A DNA stretch of 64,000 nt from a virus: IMG/VR virus record IMGVR_UViG_3300037805_000525, positions 32,001-96,000 of that record; one strand, given 5' to 3'. The notes under the pieces were generated by a model that saw only the letters and a program-made list of their open reading frames with translations, was not told the origin of the DNA and searched no databases. Both the position numbers and the translations under genes were made by a program. Shown here one piece after another: positions 53,657-63,719 of the stretch (position 1 is the stretch's first letter; the number at the start of each line of letters is the position of its first letter).

Positions 53657-54061
53657 TCAATCTCCCAGTAGTTTGTGCATGGCGTACCCGCCGAGCGTGA
53701 GAGCGCCTAGGTGCTTCAGCGCACGCACGCGGTTGAGTACACGAAGTGGCTTTGTCGAAGCCTCGTACCCGCGTACTGCGTGCAGGTCAGCAAGCGCGCG
53801 ACCACCTATGTGAGCGCCGATATTCCGGGTGGTGGACGAGCCGCCACCCGGCGCCAACGTCCCAAAAACGCCTGCGAGCTGTGCGCCGCGGCCGCCGTGG
53901 GACAAGCTGCGCTTTAGTGGCGCCACCTCGGAATACCCAAGGCGGCGGCCGAGACGCGTCCCGCCGAGCGCTTCCGTACCAGCGTCCAGGCGCTGCAGCA
54001 ACTTGTTACGCAGAATGGCCTGGTAGGACTTCTGCAGTTCGGTGGGTGCGTCAGGCGGCAT
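53657..54061 (-). CDS. basic glycine-zipper putative virion protein
   Basis: Gly/Arg/Leu-rich like 21984..23327. Confidence 0.55.
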   Translation of the reverse strand: MPPDAPTELQKSYQAILRNKLLQRLDAGTEALGGTRLGRRLGYSEVAPLKRSLSHGGRGAQLAGVFGTLAPGGGSSTTRNIGAHIGGRALADLHAVRGYEASTKPLRVLNRVRALKHLGALTLGGYAMHKLLGD

Positions 54062-54072
54062 GGGTGTACTTT

Positions 54073-54852
54073 CTACGCGAGGCGCGGACCGTTGTACCCG
54101 CCGGTCTCGTCAGGCGCGTTGAATGTATCAACGAGGCCGACGGACGACAGGTTGATGGGCTGCATGCGCTCAAACTGGATGGCAGTGGACTCCTGTACAA
54201 GGAGGCCGCTGGAATCGAAGCCGAAGCTGTGGTTGGGCACCATGCAGGACTCAAGGTAGAACGCGCCGTAGTTGTTGAGCTCGTTGTCCTTCAAAAGGAC
54301 GAACATGCCGAACGCCTGATCGAACAGGTCGGACGCCAGGTTCACGAACAAGTTGTTGTACCCCGGCGGGATACGCACCGAGTGTAGCCCATTTTTACGC
54401 ACGCCAGCGGCGGCAGGGTTCGGCTGCGTGGTGAACGGGGTCGTTCCTGCGCCACCGGTCTCGATGAGCGGACGAACCTGGAAGGCGCCGGCAGCGGAGT
54501 CGCCGCGCGTGTCGTAGTACGAGTACAGCGCCCGAAGGAGCGAAGGACCGTGGTACATCGGGCGACTGAGCGACGCCTGTCCAACGGTCCGCCCGCTGAA
54601 CGGGTACGACCGGCTCGAGCCGATCTCGAACAGGCGAAGCACCGACTTGTTCATCCCAAGGTTGAAGCCTTGGGCGAGTGCGACGGGGTTGACCATCGTG
54701 TTGGCGGCATCGCCGGCGGCGTCACCAATCTGGTTGTAGAAGGGCGGACCAACACAGATCAGCGCGTGCTTCGCGCTGATGTAGTTGTTGTCGGGCAACC
54801 CGCCCTGGACGTGCTGCCCGTAAGAGCGCCATCCGTTCATTCCTTGGGCCAT
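54073..54852 (-). CDS. tail tube protein
   Basis: RLFEIGSSRSY...YLESC...QFER; downstream of sheath. Confidence 0.7.
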   Translation of the reverse strand: MAQGMNGWRSYGQHVQGGLPDNNYISAKHALICVGPPFYNQIGDAAGDAANTMVNPVALAQGFNLGMNKSVLRLFEIGSSRSYPFSGRTVGQASLSRPMYHGPSLLRALYSYYDTRGDSAAGAFQVRPLIETGGAGTTPFTTQPNPAAAGVRKNGLHSVRIPPGYNNLFVNLASDLFDQAFGMFVLLKDNELNNYGAFYLESCMVPNHSFGFDSSGLLVQESTAIQFERMQPINLSSVGLVDTFNAPDETGGYNGPRLA

Positions 54853-54902
54853 ATCAGAAGCTCCTTAGGCAGCTCGTTCAGTTTGGACTGCGCAGTCCGG
54901 TA

Positions 54903-55541
54903 CTAGACCGCGGCGCTGAAGGTGTAGCCGAGGGCGGCGATCCCACCAACGGCGGCGACCACAAGCGTGGTGGCGCCTTCCGCGAAGATCGTGAACCCTG
55001 CGATTCCGATGTTCGCGGCGGTTGCGACGGCATCCACCGGCGCGACCGTGATCTTCGGCGTATCGAGCGCGTACATGTTGGTGTAGCTGACGTTGAGGGC
55101 GATCTGCAGCGCCTCAGCAAGCGCAGCAGTCGCGGTGTGGATGTTCGTGATGCCGCCGCCGCCGGCGTCAAACTTGACAATGCCGCCGTCGTACTTGATC
55201 ACGCCGCCGCCGCCGCCGATGTAGCCGAGGACGCTAGCGACGAGCTTCCCGTCCAGTGTGACGGTGAACCCGTCCGTGTCGGCGAGCGCAGCGGCGGCGT
55301 CGAAGAGCGGATCGGCCGCCGGTAGCGCGAGGGTGACCGTGGACGTGAGGCCAACTCCGGCGACCGGGCCCGCCTCAAGCGCGGTGATACGCCCGGTGGC
55401 GTTATCGATCTCGACCTCGGCCGCGACGAATCCGGAGTCAACGTCGGAACGCAGGTCATCGATCGCTTGCCCGAGTACGCCGGTGCGGTGTGCCTGGCCG
55501 GAGGGCTTGCGCTGTGCGCCAAAGTTACGGCTGTCGCCCAT
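54903..55541 (-). CDS. putative virion structural protein
   Basis: Ala/Gly/Thr-rich, between sheath and tube. Confidence 0.55.
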   Translation of the reverse strand: MGDSRNFGAQRKPSGQAHRTGVLGQAIDDLRSDVDSGFVAAEVEIDNATGRITALEAGPVAGVGLTSTVTLALPAADPLFDAAAALADTDGFTVTLDGKLVASVLGYIGGGGGVIKYDGGIVKFDAGGGGITNIHTATAALAEALQIALNVSYTNMYALDTPKITVAPVDAVATAANIGIAGFTIFAEGATTLVVAAVGGIAALGYTFSAAV

Positions 55542-55671
55542 GATGGGTACCTCGTAGTAATGCGCGGCGAAGGTGCTGCGCTCAAGACGATTCTACGAGG
55601 TATGAGGGGGTGGGCAAACGTGCGGTGGGTCTTTGTGGAGTGGGGGGCGCTTACAGCGCCCCCGGTCCCCC

Positions 55672-58600
55672 CTAGAACTGCAGCTCGACGTCGATGCCGT
55701 CCAACGCGTCCCAAGGTGTGACCCGGACGACCACCTCAATGCGGCCGCGCTCGGTAGGCGATGCCTGCAGGCTAATGATCTCGAAGCCCTGCACGCGGTT
55801 GCCTTCACCACTGTACTTCTGCTGCAAGCTGCCCAACGCCAAGCTGAGCAGGTCCATCGTGTTCCCGGTCAGGTTCTTGCCGACCATGAACCCAGTGCCG
55901 ATCCGGTAGATCAGGTTGGACATGAAGTCTACCTGCCGGGTCACGCCGGGCTGCCGGGTATCCGCGTCGGACAGGTCCGTCGTGAGGGCGTGCCGGATGA
56001 TCACCGGGCCGTTGGTGCTGTCCTGGATGAGCCAGCAGATGCCGCCCCCCGCCGCGAGGGCCATCTGGCCCCGCTCAACGAAGACGTCACTCGAGCCGAG
56101 CACACGGGAGAACCCCTGAAGGACGTAGCCCGTCAGGTTCTTCTCGGGGTCGGTGGACGCGATGACAGCTGCGAGTGCGGCAGCCGCGTAGAAGCCAGGA
56201 ACGATCACATCCTGGCCGGCGTAGCTGGTGACGAGCAACTCTGGCTGGAGCGCCCACATGCGGCGACTGCCGAGACCGGTACCCATGTCGGAGAGCGCCT
56301 GGCAGATGAGCCCGCGCCCCGTCGAGGTGGTCTTGTCCAAAGCACCCTGTCGGATGTTGACCGACGTCGTGTCGCCGTCGGCCGGGAATACCGCGAGGTA
56401 CTCCGAACCAAGGTTGTAGAAGGCGTCGTCGTTCCCGTCGCTGCCCGGGCCGCTACCGGGGTTGAACGCGTCGGTCAGGTCGATCTGGATCGTGCTGGCG
56501 CTGACGAGCGCAGACACCCGGTAGCGGTACGCGTCGCCACCAAAGTCCAGGTAGATCCCCTGTGCGGGCGAGTAGACCTCGCCGATGCCACCAACGATTG
56601 CGACACCATCGGCACCAATCAACCCGTTGAGTGCCAACGCGAGGTTGACCCCCACCTCGGTGAACTCGAGGTTGTACTTCGACCCACCGACCGACTCGGC
56701 TGTAGCCACGCCGGAGAACGCGAGCAGCGGAGTCTTCTCGGTCGGCATGTCGAAGGTTGCGATTGCCGTGCGCCAGCGGTGCTCCGACGCGGTGGACATC
56801 GCCTCGACGTGCACCTTGTACAGGCCAGCGATCTGCTGGTCCGTGGTCAGTGGCGCGAGGACGTAGGCGTCCTTCGTCTCCAAGAACTCCAGCGCGCGCT
56901 GGTGGGACTCGTAGGTGCCGTAGGGCGCGTCCGCCGTGACCTCGTCGATGCCCAACGCCTGGATGTTGGTCGTGACGTTGTTGGCGAACGCGATCGACAG
57001 CGCGAACGCGAGGGGGTTCTCGGGGCTGATGGGCCCAAAGAGTGCGTCGACCTCAGCCAGGCTATTGAACGACCACAGGACCGGGTCGGAACCCGAGGCG
57101 CTGGCGTCGAGGCGGAGAGCCTTGTACCCGATGTAGACCGGGTTGAGTGCGCCGAGGATGGCGAACCCTGCGGCGTCTCGAACGGCGCCGGCCTTGACCA
57201 CGAACAGCTCCACGGCGTCGTACGGGACGACCTCGGCAGCCATTGGGGGGCTGTCCTCGTCGAGCTTGTACGAGCGGCTGTACCAGCTGGTCAGCTCGGC
57301 GCCGGCCTGGACCGAGTACTCGCTCAGCACGAGGACGGCACCCGAGTAGGTGTTGCCGCCCACCACGTGGTCTTCGATCCCAACAATGCGCCCGAGCACG
57401 CTGCCGTTGTCGTAGAGCATGTCGCCAGCCACGAGTGCCTCGTGGCCACCCGAGAACAGGTAGTTCTCGTAGGTGTGCAACGCGCCGCTGATGTTTGGTG
57501 CGCCCCGGCGGTAGTCCACCCCGAGCGTGGTGGTGCCCGACACTGCGTACAGCGTGGCTGCGAAACCCGCAACCGACCCCTGCAGCGACAGCTGGATGTC
57601 ACGCGCCTGGTAGTCGAAGGAGCTCGCCGCGGACAGGCACATGCCCGTCAGGTCGACGTAACTGGTCGGCGAGAGGCCCGCAGGCAGCACGCAGTTCGAA
57701 AGCGAGTTCGAGATACTCTCTACGCGGAGAGCAAAGTTCGTGCCCGCATCGGTGATCACCGCGTCCACGCCGGACACGTTCGTCGCGTACGTATCGAACA
57801 GCGTGTTGTCGATCGCGAAAATCGACGCAGCGGTCCCGACTTCGGTGAGCTCGAACTGTTGGCCGGCGGTGTCGGTGATGCTGTGCAGCACCAGGTACGA
57901 GACACCGTTGATGGTGGCCTCCGCAAACATCATGTAGCTGTCTAGGATCGCGTTCTTTGCCAGCCCTGCGCCTGCACCGTTCAGCGCCGCAACCAGCGCG
58001 GTCAGCGTGATGCCCTGCCAGGTGACTGTCAGCGTGTCCGTCAGCAAAGGCGCAGGCATGCTGATCACCAGATCGAGTGCGCCTGCGTCCACCATGGACA
58101 GGAGCGCCGGGTCTGAGATCGGGATGAAGATGGCGCCGCCAACCTTCGCATTCGTGAGCTGGAACACGGTGGAGCCCTGAACGAGCCCCTGCTCCATCGG
58201 AATGGCGGCCTGCGTGTTGATCTCTGTCGAGGACAGGGTCAGCTCGTGGATGCGTCCGTTGACGTCAAACACGGGTGACAGCGCTGCGACGGCGTACGAC
58301 TCGGAGCCCGCGTACGAGCCGCCGAACAGCTTCTCGAACACAATGCTGTTCGAAGCGCGGAGCGCGATCGACGTGTCCCGTGTCGTTCCGCCAAGGGAGA
58401 CGATGCGGAGCACATCGACCGACGATGCGCCCGTGTCGCCCGCCGCGACGCTGTGGGACGGGAACACCGCGTCGATCGAAGCGGTTGCGCCGACGAGACC
58501 CGCGAGGGCCACAGTCGTGATGGCGCCAGACAACACGAAGCGCTGCCACTCGCCGCCGTCGACAGACACCTCGAGCCACTGGCCCTCGACGCCGAGCGCA

Positions 58601-59913
58601 GCCGCTGTGTCCGCAATCCCGACCTTCACGCAGCCGAGCACTCCAGCGCCGACCGTGAGGCCCTGCCCGAAGTTGACTGGGTCGGACCCATTGTTCAGGT
58701 AGAACGAGCGCGCGGGCGCGTCGTCCATGAAGTGCGTGCCCGCCGCGTCAGCGTGGTACGTGACCGAGACGGCCATGTGCAGTGCCTGGTCGAGCCCAGT
58801 CGCCGTAGCGATCGCGGTGGCGAGGTCCTCGAAGTACGGGCCAGAGCCGTTGTTGTCACCCTTGGTGATGGTGAGCGTAGACCCCGCCCACGCCGCGGAC
58901 ACGGTCCCTGCGAGAGGGGCGCCGCCGTCGACAAACGCGACTTGCAGCGCGTTTCCGTCGTCCCCCACGTAGTTGCCAGCGGTGTTGTCATCCGCGAGGC
59001 GGCCGAGACCCTGTGCGGTGGCCGTGAGGTAGTTGTTCCCGCTGACGTCCGGGTAGACCACGGAGCCTCCGAGAAACGACTCTCCCAGAGGGATGATCAC
59101 ACTGGCGTCGTTCCCCAGGTGGAGTACACGGTTCGTGGACGGCCCAAGCTGCTGGAGCCCGTGCAGCGCCGACCGGGCGTTGCCGAGCGCTGGCGCTTCG
59201 CGGCGGTCCGTGGCCACGTTTACAACGTGCGAGGGACCGCCGATGTGCGAGTTCACGTTGATCGCGCTGTCCTTGGACAGCTGCGAGATGACCCGGTTGG
59301 ACAGGATGTACATCTCTGCGGCGTCTGCGTCGAAGACGATGTCGTCTCGGTCGGCGAGGGGCGAGGGCACGGAGTTGTACGGGATCTCCAGGTTGATGCC
59401 CTCGTACCCGTCCTTGCCGAACACCGCGTCGTCAACGTCGGCGGTGAGGTTGAGCGCGGCGTACGCGCTCACGGCGGGCGGCGGCACAGTGATCAGCTTG
59501 ATCGACGCGGACGAACCCTTTGACACGGTCTCGAGGACCAGCTTGCCGTCGGAGATCTGGGCGGTCACGCCGGACAGTGCGGCGCGGATGGTGGACAGCA
59601 CCAAGTTGTGTGCGAGTCCGACGCCGCCGATGGTGTTGGGGAAGTTCACGGCGACGGCGGGGTTACCGTTCACCGACACCAGGAGCGACGCGCCCGCGAC
59701 GAGCACAGGCTCAGCGATCGCGACCGAGGAGATCACGCGGGCTGCGGCGGTGACCAACGCGTCCACGTTCGCGGAGCCGTTGGTGTCGATGGGGGCTACG
59801 ATCTGATACAGCGCTCCGACGATGCAGGCTGGCTGCGTGGGGTCCGCGACGGTCACTTCGTCAGGTACGTTGACCTGGGTGACCAGCGTGGAGGGCCTCT
59901 GTAGTTCCGACAT
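55672..59913 (-). CDS. contractile tail sheath protein with large insertions
   Basis: N-terminal RP...Q...ACIVG; C-terminal VPGFYAAAALA...IIRHALTTD...IEVVVRVTP. Confidence 0.85.
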   Translation of the reverse strand: MSELQRPSTLVTQVNVPDEVTVADPTQPACIVGALYQIVAPIDTNGSANVDALVTAAARVISSVAIAEPVLVAGASLLVSVNGNPAVAVNFPNTIGGVGLAHNLVLSTIRAALSGVTAQISDGKLVLETVSKGSSASIKLITVPPPAVSAYAALNLTADVDDAVFGKDGYEGINLEIPYNSVPSPLADRDDIVFDADAAEMYILSNRVISQLSKDSAINVNSHIGGPSHVVNVATDRREAPALGNARSALHGLQQLGPSTNRVLHLGNDASVIIPLGESFLGGSVVYPDVSGNNYLTATAQGLGRLADDNTAGNYVGDDGNALQVAFVDGGAPLAGTVSAAWAGSTLTITKGDNNGSGPYFEDLATAIATATGLDQALHMAVSVTYHADAAGTHFMDDAPARSFYLNNGSDPVNFGQGLTVGAGVLGCVKVGIADTAAALGVEGQWLEVSVDGGEWQRFVLSGAITTVALAGLVGATASIDAVFPSHSVAAGDTGASSVDVLRIVSLGGTTRDTSIALRASNSIVFEKLFGGSYAGSESYAVAALSPVFDVNGRIHELTLSSTEINTQAAIPMEQGLVQGSTVFQLTNAKVGGAIFIPISDPALLSMVDAGALDLVISMPAPLLTDTLTVTWQGITLTALVAALNGAGAGLAKNAILDSYMMFAEATINGVSYLVLHSITDTAGQQFELTEVGTAASIFAIDNTLFDTYATNVSGVDAVITDAGTNFALRVESISNSLSNCVLPAGLSPTSYVDLTGMCLSAASSFDYQARDIQLSLQGSVAGFAATLYAVSGTTTLGVDYRRGAPNISGALHTYENYLFSGGHEALVAGDMLYDNGSVLGRIVGIEDHVVGGNTYSGAVLVLSEYSVQAGAELTSWYSRSYKLDEDSPPMAAEVVPYDAVELFVVKAGAVRDAAGFAILGALNPVYIGYKALRLDASASGSDPVLWSFNSLAEVDALFGPISPENPLAFALSIAFANNVTTNIQALGIDEVTADAPYGTYESHQRALEFLETKDAYVLAPLTTDQQIAGLYKVHVEAMSTASEHRWRTAIATFDMPTEKTPLLAFSGVATAESVGGSKYNLEFTEVGVNLALALNGLIGADGVAIVGGIGEVYSPAQGIYLDFGGDAYRYRVSALVSASTIQIDLTDAFNPGSGPGSDGNDDAFYNLGSEYLAVFPADGDTTSVNIRQGALDKTTSTGRGLICQALSDMGTGLGSRRMWALQPELLVTSYAGQDVIVPGFYAAAALAAVIASTDPEKNLTGYVLQGFSRVLGSSDVFVERGQMALAAGGGICWLIQDSTNGPVIIRHALTTDLSDADTRQPGVTRQVDFMSNLIYRIGTGFMVGKNLTGNTMDLLSLALGSLQQKYSGEGNRVQGFEIISLQASPTERGRIEVVVRVTPWDALDGIDVELQF

Positions 59914-59994
59914 GGTGTACCTCTCAAGGTGGTGCCTGCTAGGCGACGCTGTTGATAGGATACTTCATGCGGGCGGGGGCGCACAGGGCGCGAC

Positions 59995-60684
59995 TCACCT
60001 AGCGGAGTTGAGCAGTGCATCTACGTGGTACTGGAACCCATCGCGCACCTGCTCGTAGTAGCCCTCCGCGTTGTGTTCTACCGTAACCGCGTAGTGCACC
60101 GGAACGATAACTTCCACCTTGTTGAACTCCTCATTGGGCGAAGCCGGTAGAAGCCCGCGGAACGCTGATGGAGCGGTGAGCTGCATGCGTTGGGTGATTA
60201 GCTCCGCGTTTCGGGAGGCGATCTGAATGTCTGCGCGCATCGCCAGCAGGCTGTTGAGTACGTGCATCCCAATCTTCGCGCACTCGTCGGAGTTTCGGGA
60301 GGTCACGCGGAACACCAGTGACAGCGCCATACGGTCCAGCATAAGCATGGTGCCGTCCTGGCTACCAAACGAGTACTTCGCGATCTGCGAGGTGCTTAGC
60401 CCCATCATCGTCGCAGCACTCCGCATGACCGTGATGCGCGGAAGCGTACGCCCGAGCTCTTCGTCGTATTCGGCCCCCTGCCCCCCGATTAGGATCTCGC
60501 TCTCGTCGGTTTTGATGTTCCACTGGAAGCTTCCGGAGGGGCGGAAGGCGAACACGGCACGGGCCCACAAGATGCAGATGTCGACGAAGTTATCCAGCAC
60601 GTTCGCGTTATCGAGATCGCTGGGTAACCCGTGGTTCGGTGTAGCGCGTCCTGTGTCAGGCTTGCCTGGTACGATCTCGGTCAC
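59995..60684 (-). CDS. tail completion/terminator protein
   Basis: position upstream of sheath; LPRITVMRS motif. Confidence 0.55.
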   Translation of the reverse strand: MTEIVPGKPDTGRATPNHGLPSDLDNANVLDNFVDICILWARAVFAFRPSGSFQWNIKTDESEILIGGQGAEYDEELGRTLPRITVMRSAATMMGLSTSQIAKYSFGSQDGTMLMLDRMALSLVFRVTSRNSDECAKIGMHVLNSLLAMRADIQIASRNAELITQRMQLTAPSAFRGLLPASPNEEFNKVEVIVPVHYAVTVEHNAEGYYEQVRDGFQYHVDALLNSAR

Positions 60685-61565
60685 GTGGACCCCCTACGCG
60701 TGAATGCCGCGGCCAGCGTGTCCGTGTAGTTTGTTGTGCCCAGATCCTGCGGGGAAGTCATGGCACGCACAGGCGTCCCAAACCAGTCGTCCGCGTCCAC
60801 GTTGATAGGCACCTTGTACTCGATGTTACTTGTGTCCAACTGGACCACGGTAACCTCCTGGCGAACAACGAACCTGCCGAGCGCCGGGCGGTTTTGGTTG
60901 CCACCTACGAGCCAACGCTTGTTCTCCGCCTCGACCACCAGGTCCCCGTCCCGAAGTAGCGGGAAGTGCCCGAACTTCATCATCGACTGCCGGATGGGGA
61001 TTTTACCTTCAGGCTGTGTCAGCGAAACGGCGCGTGGTTCTTCAATCTGTGCGTAGACGACGACTGGGCGGTAGAACCCCAGCGCGTATCCGGTGTTGAA
61101 GCAGGATACGCAGTTCGACTTCGTACGCTTCATACGTAGCGTGTTGAAGCACTCCATGCATCGGGCACCGGAATGTCTGCGCTGGAACAGCAGGACCCGC
61201 CGCCCCTTGTACTCCCGCAGCACGACCTGCTCGGTGCGCGCGATCTCCAACGCGGGTAGTGTCGCTTCGGCCTCCAGCGAGGCCCCATTATCACAGTGTG
61301 ATAATTCGCTGAGCCCGTTCCCTCGGATCTCAATCCGGTAGAAGTAGTCGCGGTGCGTGCCGTAGCGCCCCACGCTTGTGTCGAGGAAGGTGTTCATGGA
61401 GCTCTGCAGCGGCCCGGCGATTTCGACGTAATCACTGTGCGGGTTCCGCGAGCGGAGCACATAGAACTGGAAGTCGTCGACACCGGGGTTGTAGTCGCGC
61501 AGCTCCCAACTTATGTGTAGCGACCGAACAGACATCGATCGCACGAGTACCTTTGAGAACTCCAT
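60681..61565 (-). CDS. neck / head-closure protein with Zn-finger
   Basis: FN3-like N-terminus; RCMECF...NCVSCFNTGY..GF..P. Confidence 0.6.
   Translation of the reverse strand: MEFSKVLVRSMSVRSLHISWELRDYNPGVDDFQFYVLRSRNPHSDYVEIAGPLQSSMNTFLDTSVGRYGTHRDYFYRIEIRGNGLSELSHCDNGASLEAEATLPALEIARTEQVVLREYKGRRVLLFQRRHSGARCMECFNTLRMKRTKSNCVSCFNTGYALGFYRPVVVYAQIEEPRAVSLTQPEGKIPIRQSMMKFGHFPLLRDGDLVVEAENKRWLVGGNQNRPALGRFVVRQEVTVVQLDTSNIEYKVPINVDADDWFGTPVRAMTSPQDLGTTNYTDTLAAAFTRRGST
61288..61304. promoter_or_regulatory. 17-bp palindrome site 14 (inside CDS)
   Basis: TTATCACA-G-TGTGATAA, encodes LSHCDN. Confidence 0.85.
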
Positions 61566-61576
61566 GAACCGACCCC

Positions 61577-62203
61577 CTATCCCTCGTTCTCGGCGAACTC
61601 GGCGAACTCATCGCGCTTGCGACGTGTAAGCATTCGAGCGATGGCCGCGGCACCGAGACCGCCGCCAAGCAGTGCCAGCAGCTTGCGCGAACGAACTGCC
61701 GACCGACGCGCCTGGTGCGCGGCTATCTCCGCCTTGACCTGCGGGATGTACTTGTGGAGCGGACCCTTACTGAGGACACGGTCGGTGCGGCCGCCCTCTG
61801 GGAACATTCCGATGATCCCTCGCTTCTTGTCCTCCATCTGCGCGAGCTCAGCAAGCACGCGAGGTGTCGCGTACGGAGACATGCCACGTAGGGCGCGGGC
61901 ACTACTCGCGCCGGGGCGCGCGAACGCGGTCGCGTCGTCAACGGCGTTACGGAGCCACTTGTCAGGCCGCGGTATCTGCGCACCGAGCGGGATGTTGTGC
62001 CCAGGCAGCCACTCCGCACGCTTAATCGTTACAGACCCCCCCGCACTGACCAGGGTCTTGCTCGGGTTAGCTGGTGGCGGAGGTAGCGCCTGACCGTCGA
62101 TCCCCTTCGGGGTCATCTGCTCACGAAGCTCTCGCGGGATGTTCTTCAGCGTGGTGACAGGCTTGTTCGGTGGTGGCTTTGGCAGCTTAGCGTTTGCGCT
62201 CAC
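61577..62203 (-). CDS. basic putative internal virion protein with K-x-A motif
   Basis: TIKRAE; C-terminal LLALLGGGLGAAAIA. Confidence 0.6.
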   Translation of the reverse strand: MSANAKLPKPPPNKPVTTLKNIPRELREQMTPKGIDGQALPPPPANPSKTLVSAGGSVTIKRAEWLPGHNIPLGAQIPRPDKWLRNAVDDATAFARPGASSARALRGMSPYATPRVLAELAQMEDKKRGIIGMFPEGGRTDRVLSKGPLHKYIPQVKAEIAAHQARRSAVRSRKLLALLGGGLGAAAIARMLTRRKRDEFAEFAENEG

Positions 62204-62558
62204 AGACCTGCTCCCCTACGGACATGTGCGTCACGATGGTGGTCGTGGCACCAATGGAGTTGTCGTTGCCTGCGATGGTGAGTACCAGGCGCGTACCGTG
62301 GCACGGGCGGTCGTACTCGTAGTACCCAGCCCCCGTGACCGCCGCCAACGCCGCCCAGCCAGCAGGCGTCACGTCGTGAAGAATTGACGGGTCGGCTGCG
62401 TTCCGCGCAGAGAGCGTGGGCGTGACCGCGGCTTTCGCACCCACGATGCAGATGATGCAGCGCTCGCTCACGCCCGACATCTTTAGGTCGAGGACCAGAT
62501 CGGCCGCTACGCCCGGATTATCGAGCTCGTACGTGTTCCTATGGTCGATGCCTTGCAT
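62187..62558 (-). CDS. small beta-sandwich structural protein
   Basis: TAATG overlap start. Confidence 0.55.
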   Translation of the reverse strand: MQGIDHRNTYELDNPGVAADLVLDLKMSGVSERCIICIVGAKAAVTPTLSARNAADPSILHDVTPAGWAALAAVTGAGYYEYDRPCHGTRLVLTIAGNDNSIGATTTIVTHMSVGEQVCERKR

Positions 62559-63097
62559 TAGCCGTCCAATCCGTCGATCCAAGAGTTTTCGTTGATGAGT
62601 GCGTAGTCCGACCCGACGCCGGATCCGGTCATTGCGCCGCGTAGGTTCTCGGACAGCTTCTGCGTACGCATCTGCTGCTTGAACTCCGCGATCATGCGCG
62701 TGAACGCGCCCTGAAGCTGCTTCCGGTCACTCACCGATACGGACACCTGCCCGTCGGTGTACCGGAGCTCGTTGCGCTCTGCGAGGAACCACAGCGACTG
62801 GAGGAGGTACCCCAGCGCGCCGTCGATCAGCAGACCTTTGTATGGGAAGTTGCTAACGGTGTACACCCCCACCGGGGGTAGTGCGTCGTTCCACGCGGAG
62901 ACTGTACGGAGCAGCGCAAGTCCGATGGACTTATCGCTGTGCTCCACTCCGGCGGTGAGGCGGTTGAGCTGTGAGTAGTCGCGTAAGACCATCCGGACTG
63001 AGTTGATCAGTCCGCGCACCACGGTAGGCGTTGCCGGGATGCCCGCAGCAACCTGTGCGTCGATATCTGACGGGACGTCTGCGGGCAGGTCGGCCAT
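62558..63097 (-). CDS. head-tail adaptor/neck protein
   Basis: VRMVLRDY..LNRL...RNELRYTDG; downstream of capsid gene. Confidence 0.6.
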   Translation of the reverse strand: MADLPADVPSDIDAQVAAGIPATPTVVRGLINSVRMVLRDYSQLNRLTAGVEHSDKSIGLALLRTVSAWNDALPPVGVYTVSNFPYKGLLIDGALGYLLQSLWFLAERNELRYTDGQVSVSVSDRKQLQGAFTRMIAEFKQQMRTQKLSENLRGAMTGSGVGSDYALINENSWIDGLDG

Positions 63098-63107
63098 TGG
63101 ATCGCTC

Positions 63108-63698
63108 CTACGACTTCTTCAAGAGTGTCTTGCGCGGTGCACGACTGCGCGGGCCGCGGGGTTTGCGCGGGGCCTTCTTGGGTTCGGGCTCCGGCTCCGG
63201 TTCGGGCTCCGGCTCCGGTTCGGGCTCCGGCTCCGGTTCGGGCTCGGGCTCGGGCTCCGGCTCGGGCTCCGGCTCGGGCTCCGGCTCGGGCTCCGGCTCG
63301 GGCTCCGGTTCGGGCTCCGGCTCCGGTTCGGGCTCGACCTCGGGCTCCGGCTCGGGCTCGACCTCGGGCTCCGGCTCGACCTCGGGCTCCGGCTCGACAA
63401 ACACCTCGCCACGTAAGGCGGCTTGGTACTTCGCCCACTCGGCCGGGTCGCTACCCGGTAGCGGACGAACGAAGATGACGCGTACGTCGTTCTGGAGGCG
63501 GACCAGCTCGGGCATGTTGGCGAACACGACATCCGCGGATACGGGCGTACCTGCGCGTAGCGGGCGCAGGCTCAGCGTGCTGCTGACGTGTACTCGAGCA
63601 CGCGACAAGATACGGGTGCGCTCGGTCTGGTGCGTGCGTACACGCCATGTGCTGCGCATCGCGCGCGGCACGCAGTTACCAGAGTGGATGAGAAACAT
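63108..63698 (-). CDS. protein with long Pro-Glu repeat and basic tail
   Basis: RBS ggagg; (EP)n tract. Confidence 0.75.
   Translation of the reverse strand: MFLIHSGNCVPRAMRSTWRVRTHQTERTRILSRARVHVSSTLSLRPLRAGTPVSADVVFANMPELVRLQNDVRVIFVRPLPGSDPAEWAKYQAALRGEVFVEPEPEVEPEPEVEPEPEPEVEPEPEPEPEPEPEPEPEPEPEPEPEPEPEPEPEPEPEPEPEPEPEPEPEPEPKKAPRKPRGPRSRAPRKTLLKKS
63181..63397. repeat. hexamer repeat encoding (Glu-Pro)n
   Basis: ggctcc/ggctcg/ggttcg tandem hexamers. Confidence 0.9.
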
Positions 63699-63719
63699 GT
63701 GGCCTCCAGAGGTGGTGAT

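Noticed and set aside
55633-57945. 770 aa plus-strand ORF and other long antisense ORFs (e.g. 1424..2461, 35128..36201, 47314..48153, 58453..59523)
   Set aside because: Shadow frames of GC-rich genes on the opposite strand; no motifs or RBS.
745-61304. Palindrome as a CRISPR repeat, DnaA box, CRP site or lambda operator
   Set aside because: Copies are kilobases apart with no spacers. TTATCACA lacks a base of the DnaA box TTATCCACA. Half-site order is reversed relative to CRP (TGTGA-N6-TCACA). TATCAC-N3-GTGATA is 2 bp shorter than lambda operators.
745-61304. Palindrome as a site-specific recombination (cassette or shufflon) site
   Set aside because: The 1-bp centre fits neither tyrosine (6-8 bp) nor serine (2 bp) recombinase crossover geometry. 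Copies lie inside structural genes, and no catalytic recombinase is in the window.
63007-63532. Alternative-frame repeat ORFs (RAGA, RSPS, LRLG repeats)
   Set aside because: Artefacts of the hexamer repeat encoding (EP)n in 63108..63698.
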